Part shown: one piece after another, positions 37,017-46,158 of the stretch | Numbering within the stretch: position 1 is the first letter of the stretch | Layout of the letters: every line of letters begins with the position of its first letter | Assembly: GCA_944363775.1 (NCBI GenBank) | Contig: CALVVE010000001.1 | Location: 1 to 53,359, forward strand | DNA: 53,359 nucleotides | Direction of reading: 5' to 3' | Source of the DNA: an uncultured Bacilli bacterium | Lineage (GTDB): Bacteria > Bacillota_I > Bacilli_A > RF39 > UBA660 | The notes under the pieces: generated by a model | Database searches by the model: none | What the model was told of the DNA's origin: nothing | Seen by the model: only the letters and a program-made list of their open reading frames with translations | Program-made: the position numbers and the translations under genes

Positions 37017-38877
37017 GTGCATACTCCTTCTTTAAATATACCATTAAAATAGAAATATCAGCTGGATTAACACCACTTATACGAGCTGCTTGCGCAACAG
37101 TTGTTGGTTTTACTTCTTTTAATTTTTGTTTAGCCTCACTAGCTAAATTTTTAATTTTATCATAATCTATATCATTTGGAATATTTTTCTTTTCTAAATT
37201 ATTTAATTTTTCAGCTTCAATCATAGCCTTTTTTATATAACCATCATATTTTATTTCAATTTCTATTTGTTTTGCAATATTTGGTTCTAAATTTAAATTG
37301 TGAAATGGTGTTAATTTTTCTAAAGTTATTTCTGGACGTTTTAAAAAATCATATAAAGTAATACTATCTTTTAATGCAGCTGTATTTAATTTTTCTAAAT
37401 ATGGTAGTACTTCTTTTTTAGGTGTTATCTTAGTTTCTTTTAAATAATTAATTGAATCATTTATTATTTTTTTCTTTTCTACTAATTTTTGATATCTATC
37501 TTCATCAATTAAACCATATTTATAACCATATTCTCTTAATCTTAAATCAGCATTGTCGTGTCTAAGTAATAAACGATATTCAGCACGTGATGTAAGTAAT
37601 CTATATGGATCTCTTACACCTTTAGTAACTAAATCATCTATTAATACTCCAATATAAGCTTCATTTCTTTTTAATATAAATGGTTCCTTATTTTCAATTT
37701 TTAAACAAGCATTAATTCCAGCCATTAAACCTTGGCAAGCAGCTTCCTCATAACCACTTGTTCCATTTATTTGACCAGCTGTAAATAAATTTTCAATAAT
37801 TTTGGTTTCTAGATTTTGTTTTAACTGTGTTGGATAAATTGCATCATATTCAATTGCATATGCATATTTTAATATTTTAGCATTCTCTAAACCAGGTAAA
37901 CTATGAACCATTTTTTCTTGAACATCATATGGCATACTTGTTGAAAAACCTTGAATATATATATCATCATAATATAAACTTTCTGGTTCTAAAAATAATT
38001 GATGTCTTTCCTTATCTTTAAATCTAACAATTTTATCTTCAATAGAAGGACAATATCTTGGACCAACACCCTTTATATCATCTAATCCACCATACATACT
38101 AGATTTATTTAAATTTTCATTTATAATTTTATGAGTTTCTGGCGTTGTATAAACTAAATGACATGGAACTTGTTTTTCTATATCGTATGTTGGATTTATA
38201 TCAAAACTAAAAGAATAATGTTCATCAGAACCTTTTTCTATCTTTGTTTTAGAAAAATCAATTGTTTTCTTATCAATACGTTGTGGAGTTCCTGTTTTTA
38301 ATCTAATTATTTTAAAACCTAACTTTTTTAAATTATCACTTAAATAATTTGAAGGTAGTTCTCCATGGGGACCTTCTCTACGTCTAGTATCACCAACTAA
38401 AATATCAGCCTTTAAATATGTCCCAGTTGTTAAAATAACTGCAGCAGCATAAATTTTACTTTCATCTTCTAAAATAACTCCTTTAACTTTGTTATCTTCA
38501 ACAATCAAATCTTTTACCATTGCTTCTTTTATTTCTAATTTATCGATACTATTTAATTCTTTAAGCATTTCTTTAGGATATGTTATTTTATCTGCTTGTG
38601 CACGTAAAGCTTGAACAGCTGGACCTTTAGCACTATTTAACATTTTCATTTGAATTTGTGAACGGTCAGCAACTTTTCCCATTACACCACCTAATGCATC
38701 AATTTCCCTAACAACAATTCCTTTAGCACTTCCACCTATACTTGGATTACAAGGCATATCTGCTATATTCTTAATATTTCCCGTTATTAATAAAGTATTA
38801 TGTCCAATTTTGGAACAAGAATAAGCAGCTTCACATCCAGCGTGTCCACCACCAACAACAATTATTTCATAATTCAT
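37003..38877 (-). CDS. mnmG: tRNA uridine 5-carboxymethylaminomethyl modification enzyme MnmG (GidA)
   Basis: VVGGGHAGCEAA FAD motif and full-length GidA similarity. Start ATG 38877 (MNYEIIV). Confidence 0.96.
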   Translation of the reverse strand: MNYEIIVVGGGHAGCEAAYSCSKIGHNTLLITGNIKNIADMPCNPSIGGSAKGIVVREIDALGGVMGKVADRSQIQMKMLNSAKGPAVQALRAQADKITYPKEMLKELNSIDKLEIKEAMVKDLIVEDNKVKGVILEDESKIYAAAVILTTGTYLKADILVGDTRRREGPHGELPSNYLSDNLKKLGFKIIRLKTGTPQRIDKKTIDFSKTKIEKGSDEHYSFSFDINPTYDIEKQVPCHLVYTTPETHKIINENLNKSSMYGGLDDIKGVGPRYCPSIEDKIVRFKDKERHQLFLEPESLYYDDIYIQGFSTSMPYDVQEKMVHSLPGLENAKILKYAYAIEYDAIYPTQLKQNLETKIIENLFTAGQINGTSGYEEAACQGLMAGINACLKIENKEPFILKRNEAYIGVLIDDLVTKGVRDPYRLLTSRAEYRLLLRHDNADLRLREYGYKYGLIDEDRYQKLVEKKKIINDSINYLKETKITPKKEVLPYLEKLNTAALKDSITLYDFLKRPEITLEKLTPFHNLNLEPNIAKQIEIEIKYDGYIKKAMIEAEKLNNLEKKNIPNDIDYDKIKNLASEAKQKLKEVKPTTVAQAARISGVNPADISILMVYLKKEYAHESR

Positions 38878-38927
38878 TTTATCACGTCCTTTTTTGACTA
38901 AGATATTATACTTCAATTTTATATTAT

Positions 38928-39317
38928 TTACAATAATTTATTTGCTTGTTTTTGTTCAAATTTATTTTCATTTTCATATACTTTATTTAAATGTGGAATT
39001 TTTTCTAAAGGAAGTTTATCTAAAAAATCTTTTTGAAATTGGTTACAATTTTCTGGAATAAATAACATTGCTTCATTTGTTTTATCTAATGAAAAACTTA
39101 ATGATTCATAATATATATAACCATTTTCCATTAAAATAATTGGGGCAGTAGTATCATAAAACATTATATTTTTAGAAAAAATACCATTTTTTCTTTGTCC
39201 TAACTTTCTATAATAAAAAATATGTCTATTTAATCCTTCCTCTTTTTCAATTAATTCAATTTCATCTTCACTTTTACCAATAATTAAAATCATTATTTTT
39301 TCTAAATCAAAATTCAT
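38928..39317 (-). CDS. Hypothetical protein, 129 aa
   Basis: An ORF between a ZIP transporter gene and mnmG. No recognisable motif. Confidence 0.5.
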   Translation of the reverse strand: MNFDLEKIMILIIGKSEDEIELIEKEEGLNRHIFYYRKLGQRKNGIFSKNIMFYDTTAPIILMENGYIYYESLSFSLDKTNEAMLFIPENCNQFQKDFLDKLPLEKIPHLNKVYENENKFEQKQANKLL

Positions 39318-39352
39318 AATATCACCATTATTATTATAAACTAAATTTTAAT

Positions 39353-39377
39353 AAAAAAAGAGGTTTTTATGCCTCTT
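39353..39377 (-). terminator. Intrinsic terminator after the ZIP transporter gene
   Basis: Minus strand AAGAGG-CATAAAAA-CCTCTT followed by a run of 7 T. Confidence 0.55.
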
Positions 39378-39392
39378 ATACAAAATTATACA

Positions 39393-40193
39393 TTATCCTA
39401 AAGCAACATCTAAAACCATCATAACTGAAAAACCAATTAAAGTAAATAAAGCCATTAAATCTTTTTGTTTATTTGTTTGACTTTCAGGTATTAATTCTTG
39501 AACTACAACATAAATCATAGCTCCAGCAGCAAAACATAATAAAAATGGAAGTAATAATTGTACTTTTAAAACTAAAAGTGCACCTAAAACTCCAGCAATA
39601 GGTTCAACAATACCACTTGCTTGACCATATAAGAAAGCCTTTGTTCGACTATATCCTTCTCTTCTAAGTGGAAAACTAACAGCACTTCCTTCGGGAAAAT
39701 TTTGAAGACCAATTCCTAGAGCAACAGTTAAAGCTCCTGTTAAAGTTGCCCCAGTTAAATCTAACCCCAATGTTCCAAAAGCTACTCCAACAGCTAATCC
39801 TTCAGGAATATTATGTATTGTAATTGAAAGTATTAACATTAAACAACGTTTAAAACTTTCTTTTTTATTATTTTTATTCTTTTTTTGAACTAATTTATAT
39901 ATATTATCACTTATAAATAATAGTAGACCACCACTTACAAATCCCAAAGATGCCATTATCCAAGCATTCAACCCTAAATCTTCTGCCAATGTTATCCCAG
40001 GATTTAATAAAGACCAAAATGATGCGGCTATCATAACCCCAGCTGCAAATCCTAACATTCCATCCATAAATGTTTTATTAATTTTTTTCATTAAAAAAAC
40101 AAGACTAGCACCTAATGCGGTTACTGACCACGTAAAAATAGTCGCTAATCCTGCTTGATAAACTGGTGATAAATTACTAAACCACTCAAACAT
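39393..40193 (-). CDS. ZIP-family (ZupT-like) divalent metal transporter
   Basis: 266 aa, eight TM segments. HNIPEGLAVG and QNFPEGSAV motifs. Confidence 0.85.
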   Translation of the reverse strand: MFEWFSNLSPVYQAGLATIFTWSVTALGASLVFLMKKINKTFMDGMLGFAAGVMIAASFWSLLNPGITLAEDLGLNAWIMASLGFVSGGLLLFISDNIYKLVQKKNKNNKKESFKRCLMLILSITIHNIPEGLAVGVAFGTLGLDLTGATLTGALTVALGIGLQNFPEGSAVSFPLRREGYSRTKAFLYGQASGIVEPIAGVLGALLVLKVQLLLPFLLCFAAGAMIYVVVQELIPESQTNKQKDLMALFTLIGFSVMMVLDVALG

Positions 40194-40209
40194 AGATTCC
40201 TCCTATTAG

Positions 40210-41565
40210 TTATTTTCCTAAACAAAATTGACTAAATAGTTGATCAATTAGTTCTTCTTCGTAAGTTTCACCAATAATTTCTCCTAATTTATTCCAAATA
40301 TTTTTTAAATCTATTTCTAATATATCGATTGGATATTCTTGTTTTAATCCTGATTCTATATCATTTAATGATTCTAATGATTGTTTTAATAATGAAATAC
40401 TTCTAGCACTCGTTAAATAAGTCATATCATTTGTTAATATTTGTTCAAGATTAAATAATTCTTTTATTTTATCTTTTAAATCATCTATTCCTTCATTTTT
40501 AAAAGCACTAATAAATATATAATCATGACCATCTAAGTCATTTAAATTAATTTTTGATTCCAAATCTTTTTTATTAATAATAACAATATGTGTTTTATTC
40601 TTAAGACTATCTAAAATTTTCTTTTCTTCTGAATTTATTTCATCATTATTATTTAATACAAATAAAACTAAATCAGCTTCATCCATCATTTTCCTACTTT
40701 TTTCAACACCGATACTTTCAACAACATCGTTTGTTTCCCTAATTCCGGCTGTATCAATTATATTTAATGTAACACCATCTAAACTAATCTTTCCTTCAAC
40801 AATGTCCCTTGTTGTTCCTTCAATATCAGTAACAATAGCTTTTTCTTCATTTAATAAACTATTTAAAAGACTACTTTTTCCAACATTTGGTTTACCTATA
40901 ATACAAGTTTTAATTCCGTCTTGTAAAATTTTTCCATTTTCACTTTCATTTAATATCTTTAAAATTGCTTTTTTTATTTTAGTTAACATGGGAAATAACA
41001 TTTCATTAGTAAAAACTTCAATGTCTTCATATTCTGGATAATCAATATTAACTTCAATATTAGCAAGAACTTCAAGTATTTCTTGTCGTAAATCTTTTAC
41101 TAATTTTGAAACTTTTCCATCTACTTGATTAAGAGCAAGAGCTCGTGAACTTTCCGTTTTGGCTTCAATTAAATTCATAACTCCTTCAGCTTGAGTTAAA
41201 TCAATACGTCCATTCAAGAAAGCTCGTTTAGTAAATTCACCAGCTTCAGCAAGACGGCACCCATTAACAAGTAACAATTCTAATACTTTATTAGTAGTGG
41301 CAATACCACCATGACAATTAATTTCAACTGTATCTTCAGTAGTAAATGTTTTAGGGCTTAACATAACCGAAATTAAAACCTCATCAACTATTTCTTCATT
41401 ATTTATTATATGCCCATAATGAATAGTGTGACTAGGCACTTTTTCCAAATCTTTACCTTTAAAAATTTTATTAACTATTTTTATAGCATCTTTTCCACTT
41501 ACTCTTATAATAGAAATAGCCCCTACACCTAACGCGGTTGAAATAGCAGCAATTGTATCTTCCAT
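40210..41565 (-). CDS. mnmE: tRNA modification GTPase MnmE (TrmE)
   Basis: G domain GKPNVGKSSLLN and DTAGIRE, with the C-terminal FCLGK motif. Confidence 0.96.
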   Translation of the reverse strand: MEDTIAAISTALGVGAISIIRVSGKDAIKIVNKIFKGKDLEKVPSHTIHYGHIINNEEIVDEVLISVMLSPKTFTTEDTVEINCHGGIATTNKVLELLLVNGCRLAEAGEFTKRAFLNGRIDLTQAEGVMNLIEAKTESSRALALNQVDGKVSKLVKDLRQEILEVLANIEVNIDYPEYEDIEVFTNEMLFPMLTKIKKAILKILNESENGKILQDGIKTCIIGKPNVGKSSLLNSLLNEEKAIVTDIEGTTRDIVEGKISLDGVTLNIIDTAGIRETNDVVESIGVEKSRKMMDEADLVLFVLNNNDEINSEEKKILDSLKNKTHIVIINKKDLESKINLNDLDGHDYIFISAFKNEGIDDLKDKIKELFNLEQILTNDMTYLTSARSISLLKQSLESLNDIESGLKQEYPIDILEIDLKNIWNKLGEIIGETYEEELIDQLFSQFCLGK

Positions 41566-41575
41566 ATTTTATACC

Positions 41576-42121
41576 TCACTTCTTTAAAAAATTTTTTATT
41601 TTTTTTAACATACCTTCTAATCCTAAATATTTATAATAACTTCTTGGATGTTTTAAAACACGAGCAGAAACATATTTATCAGCGAATGTAACAATCCAAC
41701 TTTCACTATATTTAGGTGGCATAATATTTAATGGAAACATATGTCTTAATATAATATTTTCTATTCTACTGTTTAAAACTTTTGGATAATGTTCTTTAGC
41801 ATTCGATAGTGCTTCCTTTGCATGTGTAAAACCATGTTGTTTAAAAATATTCTTTGGACGATCAGGAATATTGAATATAACCTTTTCTTCATCTGTATAT
41901 TGCCAAGGATAAGGGTAAAAATCATGTAATAATCCACCAATAGCTGCACTTTTATAATCACACCCAAATTTTTTAGCTAATTTATATGATAAATAAGAAA
42001 CTTCTAAACAGTGATCATATACCGATTCATCTTCGTGATGACGATATTTTTTTCGTTTTTGAAATTCTTCTGAATTAATTATTTCATCAACAATATCTAA
42101 AAATTCTTTTTCTAATTCCAT
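41576..42121 (-). CDS. HD-domain phosphohydrolase
   Basis: H...HD pattern (YDHCLEV ... GLLHDFY). 181 aa. Confidence 0.75.
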   Translation of the reverse strand: MELEKEFLDIVDEIINSEEFQKRKKYRHHEDESVYDHCLEVSYLSYKLAKKFGCDYKSAAIGGLLHDFYPYPWQYTDEEKVIFNIPDRPKNIFKQHGFTHAKEALSNAKEHYPKVLNSRIENIILRHMFPLNIMPPKYSESWIVTFADKYVSARVLKHPRSYYKYLGLEGMLKKIKNFLKK

Positions 42122-42166
42122 TAAATCACTTCCTTTGCTATTTTACATTATTTATAATGTGATGTC

Positions 42167-42198
42167 AAAAAAAAAGAAAACTAATTTTATTAATTTTC
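42167..42198 (-). terminator. A:U-rich hairpin plus long T-run at the end of jag
   Basis: Minus strand GAAAATTAAT-AAA-ATTAGTTTTC (one G:U pair) followed by a run of 9 T. It overlaps the stop codon. Confidence 0.4.
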
Positions 42199-42804
42199 TT
42201 CATATTTTATAACAACATAGCGATTTGGCTCTTCACCTTCACTACAAGTAGATAAATTTTCATATTCATTTACTATATTATGAACAATTCTTCTTTTGTA
42301 AGAGTTCATAGGATCTAATTTTGCATCAACATGACTTTTTAAAACTTCTTTACAAACTTTTTTTATTTCTCTTGCAAAGAAATAATTTTGTCTTTCTTTG
42401 TAATTAGAAACATCAACTAATACATTAACCTTAAAACCTGTTTGAACCATAATTGCTTGCCTCACTAAAGTTTGAATTGCATTTAATGTTCTTCCATCTT
42501 TTCCAATTAAAATTGAATTGTTATTTGATATTAATAAAACTTTTATAGCATTTTCTTCTAATTTTATTTCTGATTTTATGTCGATATCCATACTTTTATT
42601 AATATTATTAATAAAATCTTTTATAAAATCAATTATATCTTTTTTACTTACAACTTCTAATTTAACTTTCTTAGATTTAAATAATTTTGCTTCTGTTTCA
42701 CTTTCTCTTATTAACAAATCATCAACATTTAAATTTAATTCATTTAAACATTCTTCTAAAACTAAATCTTTATTTTTATTAGTATATTCATTAATTTTTA
42801 GCAT
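42190..42804 (-). CDS. jag: Jag/SpoIIIJ-associated RNA-binding protein (KH + R3H)
   Basis: KH-like LIGKDGRTLNAIQTL and R3H-like SYKRRIVHN. Overlaps yidC by 14 nt. Confidence 0.9.
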   Translation of the reverse strand: MLKINEYTNKNKDLVLEECLNELNLNVDDLLIRESETEAKLFKSKKVKLEVVSKKDIIDFIKDFINNINKSMDIDIKSEIKLEENAIKVLLISNNNSILIGKDGRTLNAIQTLVRQAIMVQTGFKVNVLVDVSNYKERQNYFFAREIKKVCKEVLKSHVDAKLDPMNSYKRRIVHNIVNEYENLSTCSEGEEPNRYVVIKYEEN

Positions 42805-43732
42805 TTACATCTTTTCTCCTTTTAACCCATAAATTTTGTAGAATAGTAAATGTACTATTAGTAATCCAGTAAATAGCAATACTAGTAGATAGTGATACTG
42901 AAGCAATTCCTAAGAACACTATCATCATATTAGTTACCATCTTCATTTGTGCTTGTTGTTCTTTACTTGTTGCAGCAGTACTATTTAACTTCATACTTAA
43001 ATAACTAGTAGCAATTACAAGAGCAATAATTAAAATATAATAATATTTTCCAGCTCCAATTCCAGTTAATGGTGTTGTTCCTAATTGTAATCCTAGGAAG
43101 TTTCCCTCAAAAATTACTGGTAAACGATTTAACGCTTCGTAGAATGCTAAGAAAACAGGAATTTGTAAAAATGAAAATAGACATCCAGAAAGTGGATTAA
43201 TTTCATATTTTTTATAAATATACATCATTTCTTGTGTTTTTTGCATCATACTTTCTTGATCAGTTCTATTTTTATATTTTTGCTCTAACTTATTTAATTC
43301 AGGTTGAGCTTTCTTCATATTCTCAGATTGTAAAGCTGTTTTCTTTGTTAAAGAAATAGTAGCTAATCTAATTAATAAAGTTGTAACTATAATAGCTAAA
43401 CCATAATTTTTTAATAAACTACCTATTTTAATAATTACCCAAGCAAGTGGTCTTACAAAAATTGTATCCCATATTCCTTCATAATTTCCGCTTAAAATTG
43501 TAAATTCTTGACATTTTGGTAATTCATCAATATCTACTTTATTCTTATTATATTGTTTTATTGTTTCTGAATCAGTAGGCTTACAAAAAATATTCTTTGT
43601 TAAAACTTGTCCAGTTGTTTCATTTACTACTGGTTTTTTATTAGAATCTTTTAGTTGTGTAGTACATCCAGTTAAAAGAAACAAAGTACATACTATTATT
43701 AATAACTTTTTAAACTTTTTACTTTTCATCAA
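42791..43732 (-). CDS. yidC: Membrane protein insertase YidC/SpoIIIJ (lipoprotein type)
   Basis: Lipobox LLTGC and YidC core motifs (NPLSGCLFSFLQIPVFLAFY). Confidence 0.93.
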   Translation of the reverse strand: MMKSKKFKKLLIIVCTLFLLTGCTTQLKDSNKKPVVNETTGQVLTKNIFCKPTDSETIKQYNKNKVDIDELPKCQEFTILSGNYEGIWDTIFVRPLAWVIIKIGSLLKNYGLAIIVTTLLIRLATISLTKKTALQSENMKKAQPELNKLEQKYKNRTDQESMMQKTQEMMYIYKKYEINPLSGCLFSFLQIPVFLAFYEALNRLPVIFEGNFLGLQLGTTPLTGIGAGKYYYILIIALVIATSYLSMKLNSTAATSKEQQAQMKMVTNMMIVFLGIASVSLSTSIAIYWITNSTFTILQNLWVKRRKDVNAKN

Positions 43733-44066
43733 TATCTTCCTTTACTATATTTAAATTATTCAAGGCAATTAATAAATCATTTTCCATCTCACTAAATGAC
43801 TTATTAATAATTCCCTTTCTAACTATTATAATACAATTAAAACCTTTTTTATAGCTTTTTTTGTCAATTATACTCTTTATTTGTCTTTTTATCTTATTCC
43901 TTTTAACAGCATTACCTATTTTTTTACCAACAGAAAAACCAAAATGATAAATTTGTTCCTCTGTTCTTTCTAAATAAAAAACATAATCCTTATATTTATA
44001 TGCACGACATGAATTAATAATTCTATTAAAATCTTCATTCTTTTTTAAAATATTAATCTTTTTCAT
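43719..44066 (-). CDS. rnpA: Ribonuclease P protein component
   Basis: 115 aa. GFSVGKKIGNAVKRNKIKRQIK RNR-type motif. Lies downstream of rpmH. Confidence 0.93.
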   Translation of the reverse strand: MKKINILKKNEDFNRIINSCRAYKYKDYVFYLERTEEQIYHFGFSVGKKIGNAVKRNKIKRQIKSIIDKKSYKKGFNCIIIVRKGIINKSFSEMENDLLIALNNLNIVKEDIDEK

Positions 44067-44085
44067 AAATCACCCTATACATAGT

Positions 44086-44110
44086 AAAAAACCACTGTTA
44101 AGCAGTGGTT
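44086..44110 (-). terminator. Hairpin plus T-run between rpmH and rnpA
   Basis: Minus strand AACCACTG-CTTAA-CAGTGGTT followed by TTTTTT, 4 nt after the rpmH stop. Confidence 0.6.
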
Positions 44111-44114
44111 AGTC

Positions 44115-44237
44115 TTAGTGAGATAAAACTTTACGCCCTTTTCTTCTTCTACGTGAAATAATATTAGTTTTCATACGTGCAAAGAAACCGTGTTTTTTAG
44201 CTTTTTTTCTATTATTTGGTTGATATGTTCTTTTCAT
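44115..44237 (-). CDS. rpmH: 50S ribosomal protein L34 (40 aa)
   Basis: [40 protein letters not shown] behind the strong RBS AGGAGGTG. The listed ORF 44115..44306 carries a spurious 23-codon extension. Confidence 0.93.
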   Translation of the reverse strand: MKRTYQPNNRKKAKKHGFFARMKTNIISRRRRKGRKVLSH

Positions 44238-44348
44238 ATATATACACCTCCTGAACTTTTTTTCGGTTGCTTTAATAATTATATAGAAAAGTAAGTCGTT
44301 TGTCAAACTTTTTTATACATTTTTTCAAACTTCGACATAAATGGACTT

Positions 44349-44588
44349 TTTTCCACATTATTTTTACCTGTGGAAAATATTTCCCTATAGTATTCAACAG
44401 TTTTTTCCACAGATATTTTTCCTTTGAATTTAATATTTCCTGGTATTTTTCCACAAAATTGTTGAAAAGTAATTAACAATGTGAATTAATAAAATAAATA
44501 TTTCCCACATTTCTGTGGAAAATACAATTTTTTTATATTTTTCAATGTTTTTACTGTGGAAAATATTGTGAATTGATTTTTTTCCACA
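44349..44588. promoter_or_regulatory. oriC upstream DnaA-box cluster (rpmH-dnaA intergenic region)
   Basis: Seven exact TTTTCCACA/TGTGGAAAA 9-mers at 44349, 44369, 44403, 44447, 44514, 44555 and 44580. One TTTCCCACA at 44501. Two weaker TGTGAATTR boxes at 44480 and 44567. Confidence 0.9.
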
Positions 44589-44660
44589 AATATTTCATTT
44601 TTTCCTTTTATTTTCAAGCTTTTTATTGTAAAATGATATTAGTTGAAAGCAGGTGAGCAT

Positions 44661-46013
44661 ATGAACATTGATCTAATATGGCAAAATTTTCTTGAGAGAA
44701 TAAAAGAAACAATTTCTCCAATGTTATATGAAACATGGTTTTCAGAAACTAAACTTGTGGATTTAAATAATACTACGGCAACAGTAATTGTTCCTATGCA
44801 CATTCATAAAAAACACTTGAGTGAAAATTACAATGACTTAGTTGAAGAAATATTTACTGATATAACTGGAACAAATTTTAAAATTGTATATTTTACAGAA
44901 GATGAATATCAAGAACAAAATAAAAAAGTAACAATTATTCAAGATGTTACTTCAAATAAAAAAGTAGAATCTAATTTAAATCCAAAATATACTTTTGATA
45001 ATTTTATTGTTGGAGAAAGTAATAAGTTTGCCAAAGCAACTGCTCTTGCTGTAGCAGAAAAACCTGGATACATGTATAATCCATTGTTTATATATGGAAA
45101 TAGTGGTCTTGGAAAAACCCATTTAATGCATGCGATTGGTAATTATATATTAGAAAACTCTGATAAAACTGTATTATATGTAACTAGTGAAAAGTTTGTT
45201 TCTGATTTTATTGGTATAAATAAAAAAAATAAAGACGGTAATAATTTTGATAATGTGGATATCTTTAAGAAAAAATATCGTGATATTGATATTTTAATAA
45301 TTGACGATATTCAATATTTGGGAAATGCTAACCAAACTCAACAAGAATTCTTTAATACGTTTAATGATTTATATGGAAACAACAAACAAATAATTATTTC
45401 TTCAGATAGATCGCCAGATGATTTGAAATTATTAGAGGATCGTTTAAGAACAAGATTTAACTGGGGACTTACAATTGATATTTTGCCACCTGATTTTAAT
45501 TTACGTATGGCTATTATTGATAAAAAAATCGAAGGGCACCAAATGTATAATACACTTCCTAAAGAAGTTAAAGAATATATTGCTAGTAATTGTACAAGTG
45601 ATATTAGAAAACTTGAAGGAGCTATTACAAGAATTTTTGCGTATGCCACAATGATGAATGGTTGTGAAATAACTCTTGATCTTGCAATTGAAGCTCTAAA
45701 GGATTATTTTGTTAAAAGTATTATTTCTAAGAATAAAATAGATCAAGTTCAACAATTAGTCGCAAATCACTATAATATAACTGTTGAAGATTTAAAAAGT
45801 AAAAAAAGAAAAGCATCGGTTGCACTTCCAAGACAAATCGCAATGTATATATGTAGAACAGTATTAGAAGAATCTTTTCCTAAAATTGGAATTGAATTTG
45901 GTGGAAAAGATCACACAACGGTAATGCATTCTGTGGAAAAAATAAAAAATGAAATAAAAACTAATGGAATTTTAGAGGTTGAAATTAATAAAATTATCCA
46001 AGAAATAAAATAA
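44661..46013 (+). CDS. dnaA: Chromosomal replication initiator protein DnaA
   Basis: GNSGLGKTHL Walker A, LIIDDIQ, and the C-terminal DnaA-box-binding domain (GGKDHTTVMHSVEKI). Start ATG 44661 is behind AGGTGA. Confidence 0.96.
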   Translation: MNIDLIWQNFLERIKETISPMLYETWFSETKLVDLNNTTATVIVPMHIHKKHLSENYNDLVEEIFTDITGTNFKIVYFTEDEYQEQNKKVTIIQDVTSNKKVESNLNPKYTFDNFIVGESNKFAKATALAVAEKPGYMYNPLFIYGNSGLGKTHLMHAIGNYILENSDKTVLYVTSEKFVSDFIGINKKNKDGNNFDNVDIFKKKYRDIDILIIDDIQYLGNANQTQQEFFNTFNDLYGNNKQIIISSDRSPDDLKLLEDRLRTRFNWGLTIDILPPDFNLRMAIIDKKIEGHQMYNTLPKEVKEYIASNCTSDIRKLEGAITRIFAYATMMNGCEITLDLAIEALKDYFVKSIISKNKIDQVQQLVANHYNITVEDLKSKKRKASVALPRQIAMYICRTVLEESFPKIGIEFGGKDHTTVMHSVEKIKNEIKTNGILEVEINKIIQEIK

Positions 46014-46031
46014 CTTGTGCAAAACTTAGTA

Positions 46032-46140
46032 TTTTCCACAAGTTTTACACAGTATAAAAACTGAGTTATACATTAAAAAATAAGGTATTTCCCAGTTTTC
46101 CACACAATCCACTGTAATAATATAAATAATTAATTAAATA
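46032..46140. promoter_or_regulatory. oriC downstream part: DnaA boxes followed by a pure A/T stretch (candidate unwinding element)
   Basis: Exact TTTTCCACA at 46032 and 46096. Variants TTTTACACA at 46043 and CAATCCACT at 46105. Then GTAATAATATAAATAATTAATTAAATAAG at 46114-46142, immediately before the dnaN RBS. Confidence 0.75.
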
Positions 46141-46158
46141 AGAAGAAGGAGAAAAAAC

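Noticed and set aside
44331-44337. Perfect Spo0A-box 7-mers (TTCGACA, the reverse complement of TGTCGAA) at 44331 next to the oriC boxes, and again at 47302 upstream of the comK-like gene.
   Set aside because: This is suggestive, because Spo0A binds oriC in Bacillus. However, a single 7-mer is expected several times by chance on both strands of a 53-kb window. There is no clustering, so it is not reportable without a genome-wide enrichment test.
44272-44454. A 60-aa minus-strand ORF inside the rpmH-dnaA intergenic region.
   Set aside because: It is made almost entirely of the DnaA-box repeats (TGTGGAAAA read as codons), has no RBS, and overlaps the rpmH leader. The region is better explained as oriC.
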